Both the position numbers and the translations under genes were made by a program. A stretch of 64,000 bases of DNA, taken from Mobula hypostoma. Taxonomy: Eukaryota. Within the stretch, counting starts at the first letter, position 1. Each line of letters begins with the position of its first letter. The stretch covers positions 200,820,001 through 200,884,000 of the forward strand of contig NC_086100.1 in the NCBI RefSeq assembly GCF_963921235.1, read 5' to 3'. Under the pieces are notes generated by a model. The model saw only the letters and a program-made list of their open reading frames with translations, had not been told where the DNA came from and did no database searches. Of this stretch, positions 12,530 to 25,406 are shown piece after piece.

Positions 12530-13733
12530 AAATCACTTTTATTTGTAACTACGTAATATGGTAACTTAAACCAGGTCAATCAAGAGTTAAGTGTTATGTA
12601 TGTATAGGTGTATAGATAAAGTTCCCAAACTCATTCAATCTCAGGTGATCAGAGTCGCAGTCTTACGATGGTATGTGAGATAGTTCAGTTCAGTCCACGG
12701 AATTGAGGTGAGAGAGGTATTTGTAATCCAATAAACAGGTATCGTCGATCTTCCCGTTGTCCACCGAATCCTTCAAGTTAGCCCAAATGTGACTCCACTA
12801 AGGGTACCGTCTTCAAGTGGTAAAACTACCAACCCAGACACACCGGTAGATCCCATAGGGTCACCCTCACACGCACTGTGACAGCCACTGATCGATCTCT
12901 CTTGATCGATTCTCAACCCACCCTCGTGGGCACTCGAAAAGTTCATTCACTGGCTCTTTTGTCACCAGCCTCTGTGTGTCTGCGAGAAAGACAGTTGACC
13001 TTGTTTAAATCCACATACACTGAACACCAGCTGTCCATCATGTAACCGCTCCCCTCTCTCTCTCTATAGCGACTCAGTCAGCTGCCTTTCGTAACACTGT
13101 ACTCAGCCTCCGTCTCTCTCCCCCTCTCTCCCTCCCTCCTTCCTTCTCTTCCTCTCTCCCTCCCTCCCTCCCTCTCTTCCTCTCTCCCTCCCTCTCTCCC
13201 TCTCTCCCTCCCTTCCTTCCTCCCTCCCTCCCTCTCTTCCTCTATTCCCTCCCTCCCACTCTTCCTCCCTCTCTCCCTCCCTCCCTCCCTCCCACTCTTC
13301 CTCCCTCCCTCCCTCCCTCTCTTCCTCTCTCCCTCCCTCTCTTCCTCTCTCCCTCCCTCTCTCCCTCTCTCCCTCCCTTCCTTCCTCCCTCCCTCCCTCC
13401 CTCCCTCTCTTCCTCTATCCCTCCCTCCCACTCTTCCTCCCTCTCTCCCTCCCTCCCTCCCACTCTTCCTCCCTCCCTCCCTCCCTCTCTTCCTCTATCC
13501 CTCCCTCCCTCCCTCTCTCCCTCTCTTCCTCTATCCCTCCCTCCCACTCTTCCTCCCTGTCTCCCTCCCTCCCTCCCTCCCACTCTTCCTCCCTCCCTCC
13601 CTCCCTCTCTTCCTCCCTCCCTCTCTCCCTCTCTCCCTCCCTCTCTCCCTCTCTTCCTCTCTTCCTCCCTCTCTCCCTCTCTCCCTTCCTTCCTCCCTCC
13701 CTCCATAACAAATGAAACTTAAGATCCCATCAC
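12530..13733 (-). mobile_element. Probable LTR remnant containing a polypyrimidine repeat
   Basis: Minus strand starts TGTGATGGG at 13733 and has AATAAA near 12540; no ORF. Confidence 0.4.
13112..13703. repeat. (CCCT/CT)n polypyrimidine-polypurine tract
   Basis: About 590 bp almost entirely C/T on the + strand. Confidence 0.97.
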
Positions 13734-13774
13734 AGACTATTCAGCCCCTTTCCAATAATTTGCCAATGAACGCC

Positions 13775-16263
13775 TTTCTTTTCCAATATTTTTATTGATT
13801 TCTATATAGAAGAATACGGAGTTCAGGAGAATACATATTATAAAACAAAAGAAAAAATATAATAATACCAGATACAGTACATTGAATCACATTAACGAAC
13901 TCCTTACTCTATATTCATATGGATTAGACTAATTCATATATTAGAATATAAACAATTTTATTAAAAAAAAAGATCTACACCCACTACCAAAGTTGAAGCT
14001 GTTTGGGGGGGAAAAAAGAAAAAAAATTTATCAGATAATAAAATATGCTGTACTTTAACTTCTATACTCAAAAAGTATGAAAATAATTTTAAAACGGCCC
14101 CCACAAATTTTGAAAATGTTGGTTAGATTCAGAAATTGAACAATGAATCTTTTCTGAATTTAGGCATGCCATAACATCCCGTAACCACTGAGCATGGTTA
14201 GGCAGAACAACATCCTTCCATTTAAACAAAAGCACCCACCTTGCCATAAGAGAGATAAAAGCCAGAATGAGCAGATCAGATGTCTTCAAGATGATATCTT
14301 TCCTTCCAACAATACCAAATAGGGCAGTCAAAAGATTAGGCTTAAAATTTAGTTTAAAGAGTACAGAAAAAGTTTGGAATACTTCCTTCCAATATTTTCC
14401 AAGACTTGGGCATGTCCAAAACATATGAACAAGTGAAGCTTCTCTATTGTTACACCTATCACAGTAGGGAGATATATCCATATAAAAACGAGATAACTTA
14501 TCCTTGGTCATATCAGCCCTATGAACCACTTTAAGTTGTAGGAGGGAATGGCGAGCACATAACGATGAACTATTAACCAATTTAAAAATCTCATTCCAGA
14601 TTTCTGCAGAAATTGGGGTCTGTAAATCTTGTTCCCAAAGATTTTGATTTTGTCTAAAGAATCATTTCTCATTCCCAACAACATATCATAAATATTGGAT
14701 ATTGAACCATTATAAAATGATTTCATATTAAGAATTTCATCTAATACGTTCTTATCAGGACTATTAGGAAATGTATATAATTGAGATTGCAGAAAATCTT
14801 TAATTTGTAAGTACCGAAAAAAATGGGTTTTTGATAAACTATATTTAGTTGACAATTGTTCGAGCGAAGAAAGACTTCCTCCAACGAACAGATCCCGGAA
14901 GCATGTAATGCCCAATCCATCCCATTGTTTAAAAACTACATCAGTCATAGAAGGCTTAAAAAAAGCGAGAAAGGGAGAATCTCAATAAACCAAAGTGTTT
15001 TCTAAATTGTATCCAAATCCTCAAAATATGTTTGACTACCACATTTTCAGTTACCTTACTTAAGGATAAAGAAAGTGAAGATCCCAAAAGAGAGATAATA
15101 GAAAATTGATTAACTGAGTTAGCTTCTAAAGAAGCCCACCCAGGACAGTCCTCATCATTAATATAGTATAACCAAAACGTGAGATTCAGTATATTAGCTG
15201 CCCAGTAATAAAACCTAAAATTTGGTAAAGCTAAACCTACATTCTTTTTAACTTTCTGGAGATGGACTTTATTCAATCGAGGACGTTTATTTTTCCATAT
15301 GTAGGAGGATAAGATAGAGTCCAGAGAGTCAAAAAAGGATTTAGGTATAAAAACGGGTAAAGCCTGAAAGAGGTATATAAATTTTGGTAAACCATTCATT
15401 TTAATAGAATTAATTTGACCAATCAATGATAATGAAAGAGGTGACCAATTTGATAGTGTTCTTTTTATATAATTTAATAAAGTAAGAAAATTTTCTTTAA
15501 AGAGGTATTTATAATTCTTAGTAATTGTTACACCCAAGTAAGTGAACTGGTTTCTTACGATGTTAAAAGGAAGGTTAATATCAGTTAGTGGCAAAATATT
15601 CAAAGGAAAAAGTTCTCTCTTGTGTAGGTTCAGTTTATATCCAGAAAACTGACTAAAACAAGAGAGTAAAGAAAGCACAAAAGGTAATGAAGTTAGAAAT
15701 GTAAAGCAATAAATCATCCGCATAAAGTGAAACTTTATGGATAGTAAAATACCAGTGATATCGTTAGATTCTCGAAAAGCAATAGCTGAAGGTTCTAAAG
15801 CCAGGTCAAGAGGCAAAGGACTCAAAGGGCAACCTTGTCTGGATCCACGTTGAAATTTAAATGGTTTAGAATTCTGAGAGTTAGTAAGAACCTGAGCAAA
15901 AGGGGATAAATACAGGACGTAATTTAATCCATTGAATAAAGTTGGACGCAAAATTAAATATTTCTAAGGTTTTAAATAAATAATGCCATTCAACCCGATC
16001 AAAAGCCTTCTCAGCATCTAAGGATATCACACACTCCGATATCTCCTTAGAAGGAGAATAAATAACATTTAATAATCACAAATATTAAAATGGGAATATC
16101 AATTTTTAATAAAACCAGTCTGATCGTCAGAAATGATAGATGGTAAGATATTTTCCATCCTATGGGCCAGAACTTTAGATAGAATTTTAGCATCAACATT
16201 AAGTGAGGAAATTGGTTATATGAAGAACATTCAGTTGGGTTCTTATTTTTTTAGGGTAAGCAT
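13775..16263 (-). mobile_element. L1 LINE, 5'-truncated ORF2
   Basis: RGSRQGCPLSP, GYKLNLHK, YYWAAN, CDRC..ASLVHMFWTC; 11-bp TSD CAATGAACGCC at 13764-13774 and 16264-16274. Confidence 0.93.
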
Positions 16264-17050
16264 CAATGAACGCCAAGGGTTTGCTAGCGGTATTTTACTG
16301 TAACGGCAGGGCAGCCTCGGACAAAGCATTGTGTATTATTCTGTATAATTACGCCAGAATTAAGGGGCATGCCTGGTTGTCTAACGTCTGAGGTTCTGTT
16401 GGGACCCCAGAGTATTGGACCACCCTTGGACAGTTTCGGGTCCCATGCAGTTTTGTGTTATTTTTTTAAATTCAGCATCCACGCAGTAAAGCGAACAGGT
16501 TATGAGGTCACGTTGCTTTCCAAACCCAATCCTTCTTTCCAACGGGCCCCTGCACGAAACCCTGCTTCTCTTCTTCCATTAAGACCATAAGACCATAAGA
16601 CAAAGGAGCAGAAGTCGGCCATTCGGCCCATCATGGGAGACAACTTTGCCACATCCACTCTGTCCACGCCTTTCAACATTTAACTGAGACTGAGGATAAT
16701 GAACTCCAAACTCTTCTACTATCTTCACAGCTGGCGATTGTCAAGTGTGTAGCAGACACAGGGGAAACCGATGAAGCCTCCCGCGGTGATGCCGCTGCTG
16801 AGCAAGCCGCGGTGTCTCGACCCTCTAGGGTTAACGTTACGTCCCGACAGCATCGATATTCACTCAACCTTCCAGCCGATGAGATCTGTGAAGCGCAAAC
16901 AAGGGTTGGTGCAACGGAACACGCGCGATGGATTTCTCATGGCTTCACACAAACAGAGGTCTGGCTTGTGGACTGGCGTGCCCTCGCAAGCTCCTGCGGC
17001 AAAAGGAAGGAACACTCAAGCAATCCCGCCACAGTGGTTTGCCCGGGGAA
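16264..17050 (+). mobile_element. ERV pol fragments (connection, RNase H C-terminus, integrase N-terminus)
   Basis: NERQGFASGIL, GMPGCL, YEVTLLSKPN..NPASLLP, LAIVKCVADTGETDEASRGDAAAEQAA. A short CR1 piece sits at about 16580-16680. Confidence 0.75.
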
Positions 17051-19222
17051 ACATAGAAACATAGAAAATAGGTGCAGGAGTAGGCCATTCGGCCCTTCAA
17101 GCCTGCACCGCCATTCAGTATGATCATGACTGATCATCCAACTCAGAACCCTGTACCTGCCTTCCCTCCATACCCCCGATCCCTTTAGCCACAAGGGCCA
17201 TATCCAACTCCCTCTTAAATATAGCCAATGAACTGGCCTCAACTGTTTCCTGTGGCAGAGAATTCCACAGATTCACCACTCTCTGTGTGAAGAAGTTTTT
17301 CCTCATCTCGATCCTAAAAGGCTTCCCCTTTATCCTCAAACTGTGACTCCTCATTCTGGACTTCCCCAACATCGGGAACAATCTTCCTGCATCTAGCCTG
17401 TCCAATCCCTTTAGGATTTTATACGTTTCAATCAGATCCCCCCTCAATCTTCTAAATTCCAAAGAGTATAAACCTAGTTGATCCAGTCTTATGAAAGTCC
17501 TGCCATCCCAGGAACCAATCTGGTGAACCTTCTTTGTACTCCCTCTATGGCAAGGATGTCTTTCCTCAGATTAGGGGACCAAAACTGCACACAATACTCC
17601 AGGTGTGGTCTCACCAAGGCCTTGTACAACTGCAGTAGAACCTCTCTGCTCCTGTACTCGAGTCCTCTTGCTATGAATGCCAACATACCATTCGCCTTTT
17701 TCACCACCTGCTGTACCTGCATGCCCACTTTCAATGACTGGTGTATAATGACACCCAGGTCTCGTTGCACCTCCCCTTTTCCTAATCGGCCACCATTCAG
17801 ATAATAATCTGTGTTCCTGTTCGTGCCACCAAAGTGGATAACCTCACATTTATCCACATTAAATTGCATCTGCCATGAATTTGCCCACTCACCTAACCTA
17901 TCCAAGTCACCCTGCATCCTCTTAGCATCCTCCTCACAGCTAACACTGCCACCCAGCTTCGTGTCATCCGCAAACTTGGAGATGCTGCATTTAATTCCCT
18001 CATCCAAGTCATTAATATATATTGTAAACAACTGGGGTCCCAGCACTGAGCCTTGCGGTACCCCACTAGTCACTGCCTGCCATTCTGAAAAGGTCCCGTT
18101 TATTCCCACTCTTTGCTTCCTGTCTGCCAACCAATTCTCTATCCACATCAATACCATACCCCCAATACCATGTGCTTTAAGTTTGCACACTAATCTCCTG
18201 TGTGGGACCTTGTCAAAAGCCTTTTGAAAATCCAAATATACCACATCCACTGGTTCTCCCCTATCCACTCTACTAGTTACATCCTCAAAAAATTCTATAA
18301 GATTAGTCAGACGTGATTTTCCTTTCACAAATCCATGCTGACTTTGTCCGATGATTTCACCGCTTTCCAAATGTGCTGTTATCACATCTTTGATAACGGA
18401 CTCTAGCAGTTTCCCCACCACTGATGTCAGGCTAACTGGTCTATAATTCCCCGGTTTCTCTCTCCCTCCTTTTTTAAAAAGCGGGGTTACATTAGCCACC
18501 CTCCAATCCTCAGGAACTAATTCAGAATCTAAAGACTTTTGAAAAATTATCACTAATGCATCCACTATTTCTTGGGCTACTTCCTTAGGCACTCTGGGAT
18601 GCAGACCATCTGACCCTGGGGATTTATCTGCCTTCAATCCCTTCAATTTACCTAACACCACTTCCCTACGAACATGTATTTCCCTCAGTTCCTCCATCTC
18701 ACTAGACCCTCGGTCCCCTACTATTACTGGAAGATTATTTATGTCCTTCTTAGTGAAGACAGAACCAAAGTAATTATTCAATTGGTCTGCCATGTCCTTG
18801 TTCCCCATGATCAAGTCACCTGTTTCTGACTGTAAGGGACCTACATTTGTCTTAACCAATCTTTTTCTTTTCACATATCTATAAAAGCTTTTACAGTCAG
18901 TTTTTATGTTCCCTGCCAGCTTTCTCTCATAATCTTTTTTTCCCTTTCCTAATTAAGCCCTTTGTCCTCCTCTGCTGGACTCTGAATTTCTCCCAGTCCT
19001 CAGGTGTGCCACTTTTTCTGGCTAATTTGTATGTTTGTTCTTTGGAATTGATACTATCTCTAATTTCCCTTGTCAGCCACGGGTGCACTACCTTCCTTGA
19101 TTTATTCTTTTGCCAAACTAGGATGAACAATTGTTGTAGTTCATCCATGCGATCTTTAAATGCTTGTCATTGCATATCCACTGTCAACCGTTTAAGTGTC
19201 ATTTGCCAGTCTATCTTAGCTA
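17051..19222 (-). mobile_element. CR1 LINE, 5'-truncated ORF2
   Basis: 461-aa ORF 17489-18874 with full RT core (QHGF, DFQKAFDKVPH, PQGSVLGP, FADD); (tatgtttc)n-type tail. Confidence 0.95.
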
Positions 19223-19324
19223 ACATCGGCAACTGCTCAGAGTTAGTGGAACCTGCATTATTTGTTTACAAAACCAAAACACTGGCAAAATCTGATCACT
19301 ACAAACAGATGAGGGAATTGATTC

Positions 19325-20650
19325 TAAGATATAGGAGCAGAATTAGGCCACTTGGCCCATCGAGTCTGTTCCTCTATTTCATCATGCCTGATCCAATTTT
19401 CCTCTCAGCCCCAATCTCCTGCCTTCTCCCAATATCCCTTCATGCCCTGACCAATCAAGAATCTATCAACCTCAGCCTTAGATATACATGAAGACTTGGT
19501 CTCCGCAGCTGCCTGTGGCAAAGACTTCCACAAATTCACCACCCTCCAGCTAAAGAAATTCCTCCTCATCTCTTTCTAAAATAATGCCCCTCTATTCCGA
19601 GGCTGTGTCCTCTGAATTATGTTGAATTCAAGTTGGATAAGTCACCGGGACCAGACAAGATGTACCCCAGGCTATTGTGGGAGGTGAGGGAGGAGATTGC
19701 TGAGCCTCTAGCAATGATCTTTGCATCATCAATAGGGACGGGAGAGGTTTTGGAGGATTGGAGGGTTGTGGATGGTGTTCTTTTATTCCAGAATGGGAGC
19801 AGAGATAGCCCAGGAAACTATAGACCAGTAAGACTTACTTCAGTGGTTGGTGAGTTGATGGAGAAGATCCTGAGAGGCAGAATTTATGAACATTTGGAGA
19901 GTCATAATACGATTAGGAATAGTCAGCATGGCTTTGTCAAGGGCAGGTCATGCCTTACGAGCCTGATTGAATTTTTTGAGGATGTGACTAAACACATTGA
20001 TCAATGTAGAGCCATAGATGTAGTGTATATGGATTTCAGCAAGGCATTTGACAAGGTATCCCATTCAGAGTTTATTGAGAAAGTAAGGAGGCATGGGATC
20101 CAAGGGGATATTGCTTTGTGGATCCAGAACTGGCTTGCCCACAGAAGGCAAAGAGTGGTTGTTGACGGGCCATATTCTGCATGGAGGTCAGTGACCAGTG
20201 GAGTGCCTCAGGGATCTGTTCTGGGACCTCTACTCTTTGTGATTTTCATAAATGACCTAGATGAGGAAGTGGAGGGATGGGTTAGTAAATTTGCTGATGA
20301 CACAAAGTTTGGGGGTGTTGTGGATAGTGTGGAGGGCTGTCAGAGGTTACAGTGGGATATTGATAAGATGAAAAACTGGACTGAGAAATGGCCTACCATT
20401 GATGTCAGGCTAACTGGTCTATAGTTTCCTTTCTGCTGCCTCGCACCCTTCTTAAATAGCGGAGTAACATTTGCAATTTTCCCGTCATCTGGTACAATGC
20501 CAGAATCTATCGATTCCTGAAAGATCATTGTTAATGCCTCCGCAATCTCTCCAGCTACTTCCTTCAGAACCCGAGGGTGCATTCCATCAGGTCCAGGAGA
20601 TTTATCCACCCTCAGACCATTAAGCTTCCTGAACACCTCCCAGTTGTAAT
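19325..20650. mobile_element. Cluster of CR1 fragments (minus-strand tail 19325-19612, plus-strand RT 19620-20392, minus-strand 20393-20650)
   Basis: ORFs 19633-20424 (+) and 20340-20732 (-) both carry KSPGPD..PR and NYRPV motifs. Confidence 0.85.
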
Positions 20651-20919
20651 TTTCACTGCACATTACTGATGGGGTTGCTTGGTCGCAGTCCACCACAGCG
20701 AGCGCTAGGATTGCACATTGCGTAAAGTTCAAAAACAGACATTATTTTTTATAATCGCATCTCGCGGAACCCGGGTTGAAAAACCCTGCTCTATTTCTTT
20801 CGGGATTTCAAAAGTGCTTTGTACTGCATGCTAAGTGGTTCCGTACACTACTTTCAATGACATCTGTCGATCTCCGGTCAAAGGGTAATAAATTTCACAA
20901 ATTCGTCCCAAACAATTGC

Positions 20920-21373
20920 AGAAACATAGAAACACAGAAACCCTACAGCACAATACAGGCCCTTCGTCCCACAAATCTGTGCCGAACATGTCCTTACCTT
21001 AGAACTACCAAGGCTTTACCCATGGCCCTCTATTTTTCTAAGCTCCATGTACCCCCATCCACGAGTCTCTTAAGAGACCCTATCGTTTCTGCCTCCACCA
21101 CCACTGCCGGCAGCCCATTCCACACACTCACCACTCTCTGAGTAAAAAACTTACCCCTGACATCTCCTTTGTACCTACTGCCAAGCACCCTAAAACTATG
21201 CCCTCTCGTGCTAGCCATTTCAGCCCTGGGAAAAAGCCTCTGACTATCCACATGATCAACACCTCTCATTATCTTGTACACCTCTATCGGGTCACCTCTA
21301 ATCTTCCGTCACTCCAAGGAGAAAAGGCTGAGTTCCCTCAACCTATTCTCATAAGGCATGCTCCCCAATCCAG
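20920..21373 (-). mobile_element. CR1 3' fragment
   Basis: YKIMRGVDHVDSQRLFPRAE...FFTQRVVSVWNGLP. Confidence 0.88.
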
Positions 21374-24300
21374 GATGTCAGGAAAGACAGGCAGGTGATG
21401 GGGCACATTTGGAGCCATTGGGATGAGTTGCAGTGCAATAAAGTTGCAGTGAAATCAAAGCGAAAAGTACCAAATACTGGTCTTAAGGTGTTATACTTAA
21501 ATGCACGCAGCATAAGGAATAAGGTGGATGATCTTGTCGTACAGCTACAGATCGGCAGGTATGATATTGTGGCCATCACTGAGACGTGGCTAAAGGATGC
21601 ATGTCTCTGGGAGCTGAACGTCCAAGGATACACGGTGTATCGGAAGGATAGGAAGGTAGGCAGAGGGGGTGGCGTGGTTTTATTGGTTAGAAATGATATT
21701 AAATCATTAGGAAGAGGTGATACAGGTTCGGAAGGTGCAGAATCTTTATGCGTTGAGCTAAGAAATAGCAGGGGTAAAAGGACCCTGATGGCAGTTATTT
21801 ATAGGCCTCCAAACAGCTGCAGTGATGTGGACTACAAGTTACAACAGGAAATAGAAAAGGCTTGTCAGAAGGGCAGTGTTATGATAATTGTGGGGGATTT
21901 TAACATGCGAGTGGATTGGGAAAATCAGGTCGGCACTGGATCTCAAGAGAGAGAATTTGTAGAATGTCTGCGAGATGGCTTTTTAGACAGCTTGTTGTTG
22001 AGCCCACTAGGGGATCGGCTGTACTGGATTGGGTATTGTGTAATGAACCGAAGGTGATTAGAGAGATTGAGGTGAAGGAACCCTTAGGAGGCAGTGATCA
22101 TAACATGATTGAGTTCACTGTGAAATTTGAAAAAGAGAAGCCAAAATCTGATGTGTCGGTATTTCAGTGGAGTAAAGGAAATTACAGTGGTATGAGAGAG
22201 GAACTGGCTAAAGTTGACAGGAAAGGGACACTGGCGGGAAGGACAGCAGAGTTTATGGCTGGAATTTATGCGAGAAGTGAGGAAGGTGCAAGACAGGTAT
22301 ATTCCAAAAAAGAAATTTTCGAATGGAAAAAGGATGCAACCGTGGCTGACGAGAAGTCAAAGCCAAAGTTAGAGCAAAGGAGAGGGCATACAAGGAAGCA
22401 AAAATTAGTGGGAAGACAGAGGATTGGGAAGTTTTTAAAGCCTTACAAAAGGAAACTAAGAAGGTCATTAAGAGGGAAAAGAGTAACTATGAAAGGAAGC
22501 TAGTAAATAATATCAAAGAGGATACTAAACGCTTTTTCAAGTATATAAAGAGTAAAAGACAGGTGAGAGTCGATATAGGACCGATAGAAAATGATGCTGG
22601 AGGAATTGTAATGGGAGATAAGGAGATGGCGGAAGAACTGAACGAGTATTTTGCATCAGTCTTCACTGGGGAAGACATCAGCAGTATACCGGACACTCAA
22701 GGGTGGCAGGGAAGAGAAGTGTGCACAGTCACAATTACGACAGAGAAAGTACTCAGGAAGCTGAATAGTCTAAAGGTAGATAAATTTCCCAGACCAGATG
22801 GAATGCACCCTCGTGTTCTGGAGGAAGTAGCTGTGGAGATTGCAGCGGCATTAGCGATGATCTTTCAAAAGTCATGGCATGGTTCCGGATGACTGGAAGA
22901 TTGCAAATGTCACTCCGCTATTTAAGAAGGGGGCAAGGAAGCAAAAAGGAAATTATAGACCTGTTAGCTTAACATCGGTGGTTGGAAAGTTGTTGGAGTC
23001 GATTGTCAGGGATGAGGTCACGGAGTACCTGGAGGCATATGACAAGATAGGCAGAACTCAGCATGGATTCCTTAAAGGAAAATCCTGCCTGCCAAACCTA
23101 TTGCAATTTTTTGAGGAAATTACAAGTAGGCTAGACAAGGGAGATGCAGTGGATGTATATTTGGATTTTCAGAAGGCCTTTGACAAGGTGCCACACATGA
23201 GGCTACTTAACAAGATAAGAGCCTGTGGAATTACGGGAATGTTACATACGTGGATAGAGCGTTGGCTGATTGGCAGGAAACAGAGAGTGGGAATAAAGGA
23301 TCCTATTCTGGTTGGCTGTCGGTTACCAGTGGTGTTCCACAGGGGTCCGTGTTGGGGCCGCTTCTTTAACGATTGTACATTGTACAATCGTTGTACAATG
23401 TACAAATAACGTTGTACATTAACGATTTGGATTATGGAATAGATGGCTTTGTGGCTAAGTTTGCTGACGATACGAAGATAGGTGGACGGGCTGGTAGTGC
23501 TGAGGAAACGGAGAGTCTGCAGAGAGACTTGGTTAGATTGGAAGAATGGGCAAAGAAGTGGCAAATGAAATACAATGTTGGAAAGTGTATGGTTATGCAC
23601 TTTGACAGAAGAAATAAATGGGCAGACTGTTATTTAAATGGGGAGAGAATTCAAAATTCTGAAATGCAACGGGACTTGGGAGTCCTCGTACAGGATACCC
23701 TTAAGGTTAACCTCCAGGTTGAGTCAGTAGTGAAGAAGGCGAATGCAATGTTGGCATTCATTTCTAGAGGAATAGAGTATAGGAGCAGGGATGTGATGTT
23801 GAGGCTCTATAAGGCGCTGGTGAGACCTCACTTGGAGTACTGTGGGCAGTTTTGGTCTCCTTAATTAAGAAAGGATGTGCTGACATTGGAGAGGGTACAG
23901 AGAAGATTCACTAGAATGATACCGGGAATGAGAGGGTTAACATATGAGGATCGTTTGTCCGCTCTTGGACTGTATTCCTTGGAGTTTAGAAGAATGAGGG
24001 GAGACCTCATAGAAACATTTCGAATGTTGAAAGGCATGGACAGAGTGGATGTGGCAAAGTTGTTTCCTATGATGGGGGAGTCTAGTACGAGAGGACATGA
24101 CTTAAGGATTGAAGGGCGCCCATTCAGAACAGAAATGGGAAGAAATTTTTTTAGCCAGAGGGTGGTGAATCTATGGAATTTGTTGCCACGGGCAGCAATG
24201 GAGGCCAAGTCATTGGGTGTATTTTAGGCAGAGGTTGATAGGTGTCTATGTAGCCAGGGCATCAAAGGTTGTCGTGAGAAGGCGGAGGAGTGGGACTAAA

Positions 24301-24390
24301 TGGGAGAATGGATCAGCTCATGATAAAATGGTGGAGCAGACTCGATGGGCCGAATGGCCAACTTCTGCTCCTTTGTCTTATGGTCTTATG
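21374..24390 (+). mobile_element. CR1 LINE, nearly complete but frameshifted ORF2 (endonuclease and RT)
   Basis: YLNARSIRNK, AITETWL, GDFN, SDH, NYRPVSLTS, FADD, FFSQRVVNLWN; (tcttatgg)n tail. Confidence 0.95.
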
Positions 24391-24617
24391 GGACTTTGAA
24401 CTTTTTTACTGTGCCATGGCCTGTTCTTCATCAAGTTATGGTATTGTTGCACTGTTGTAACTATATGTCATAATTATGTGGTTTTTGTTAATTTTTCAGT
24501 CTTGGTCTGTCCTGTGTTTCTGTGATATCACACCGGAGGAATATTGTATCATTTCTTAATGCATGCATTACTAAATGACAATAAAAGAGGACTGCGTGTC
24601 CTCATAATCTAATCTAA

Positions 24618-24963
24618 TCCTTGTAAATCTCCTCTGCACCCTTTCTATGGTTTCCACGTCCTTCCTATAATGAGGCGACTAGAACTGAGCACAGTCCTCC
24701 AAATGGGGTCCTATATAGCTGTAACATTCTTCTCGGCTCCTAAATTCAATCCCAGGTTGATGAAGGCCAATGCACCGTATGCCTTCTTCACCACAGAGTC
24801 AACCTGTGCAGCAGCTTTGAGTGTCCTATGGACTCGGACCCCAAGATCCCTCTGATCCTTCACACTGCCAAGAGTCTTACCATGAATACTATATTCTGCC
24901 ATCATATTTGACCTACCAAAATGAACCACCTCACACTTATCTGGGTTGAACTCCATCTGCCAT
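24618..24963 (-). mobile_element. CR1 RT fragment, preceded by a Rex-like 3' tail at 24390-24617
   Basis: WQMEFNPDKCEVVHFG...RDLGVRVH. Confidence 0.8.
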
Positions 24964-25406
24964 ATAACTGAACTTTGAACGGGATCCACGGCCAGAGTAC
25001 CGCGATGCTGTCAGTCCAATGTTTTGGATATAGTGGAACAGGATCTAGTTCTGACCTCACTTCTTTTTGTTTCTCCTCTTTTTCCCTATCTAATACACAA
25101 ACTATAGTCATGTCCCACTTTGTCAGTCCCCTCCACTGGAGCTTTTGAGTGTGTCGTGTAGTTTCTGCTAATCTTAAAACTTTTTCCAGACCTGGATCTG
25201 GGCTGTGCTCAAACTGGTTTACACTATCCAGGCATGGCTATATGACCGGAGACACCTCTCCCTTCTGTTTTTGGTTCAGAGGTTGATGTCACATAGCAAT
25301 GTTCAGCCAGTTACTCAAGTGAAACCACACCTGCTGTCATTGGTCTAGCAACATGCACACCTACGAATAAAGCAATGACTCCCTGAAAGAGGCTGCAAAA
25401 CAGAGC

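Noticed and set aside
13078..13711. Gly/Arg/Glu-rich ORFs
   Set aside because: Translations of the (GGGA)n tract
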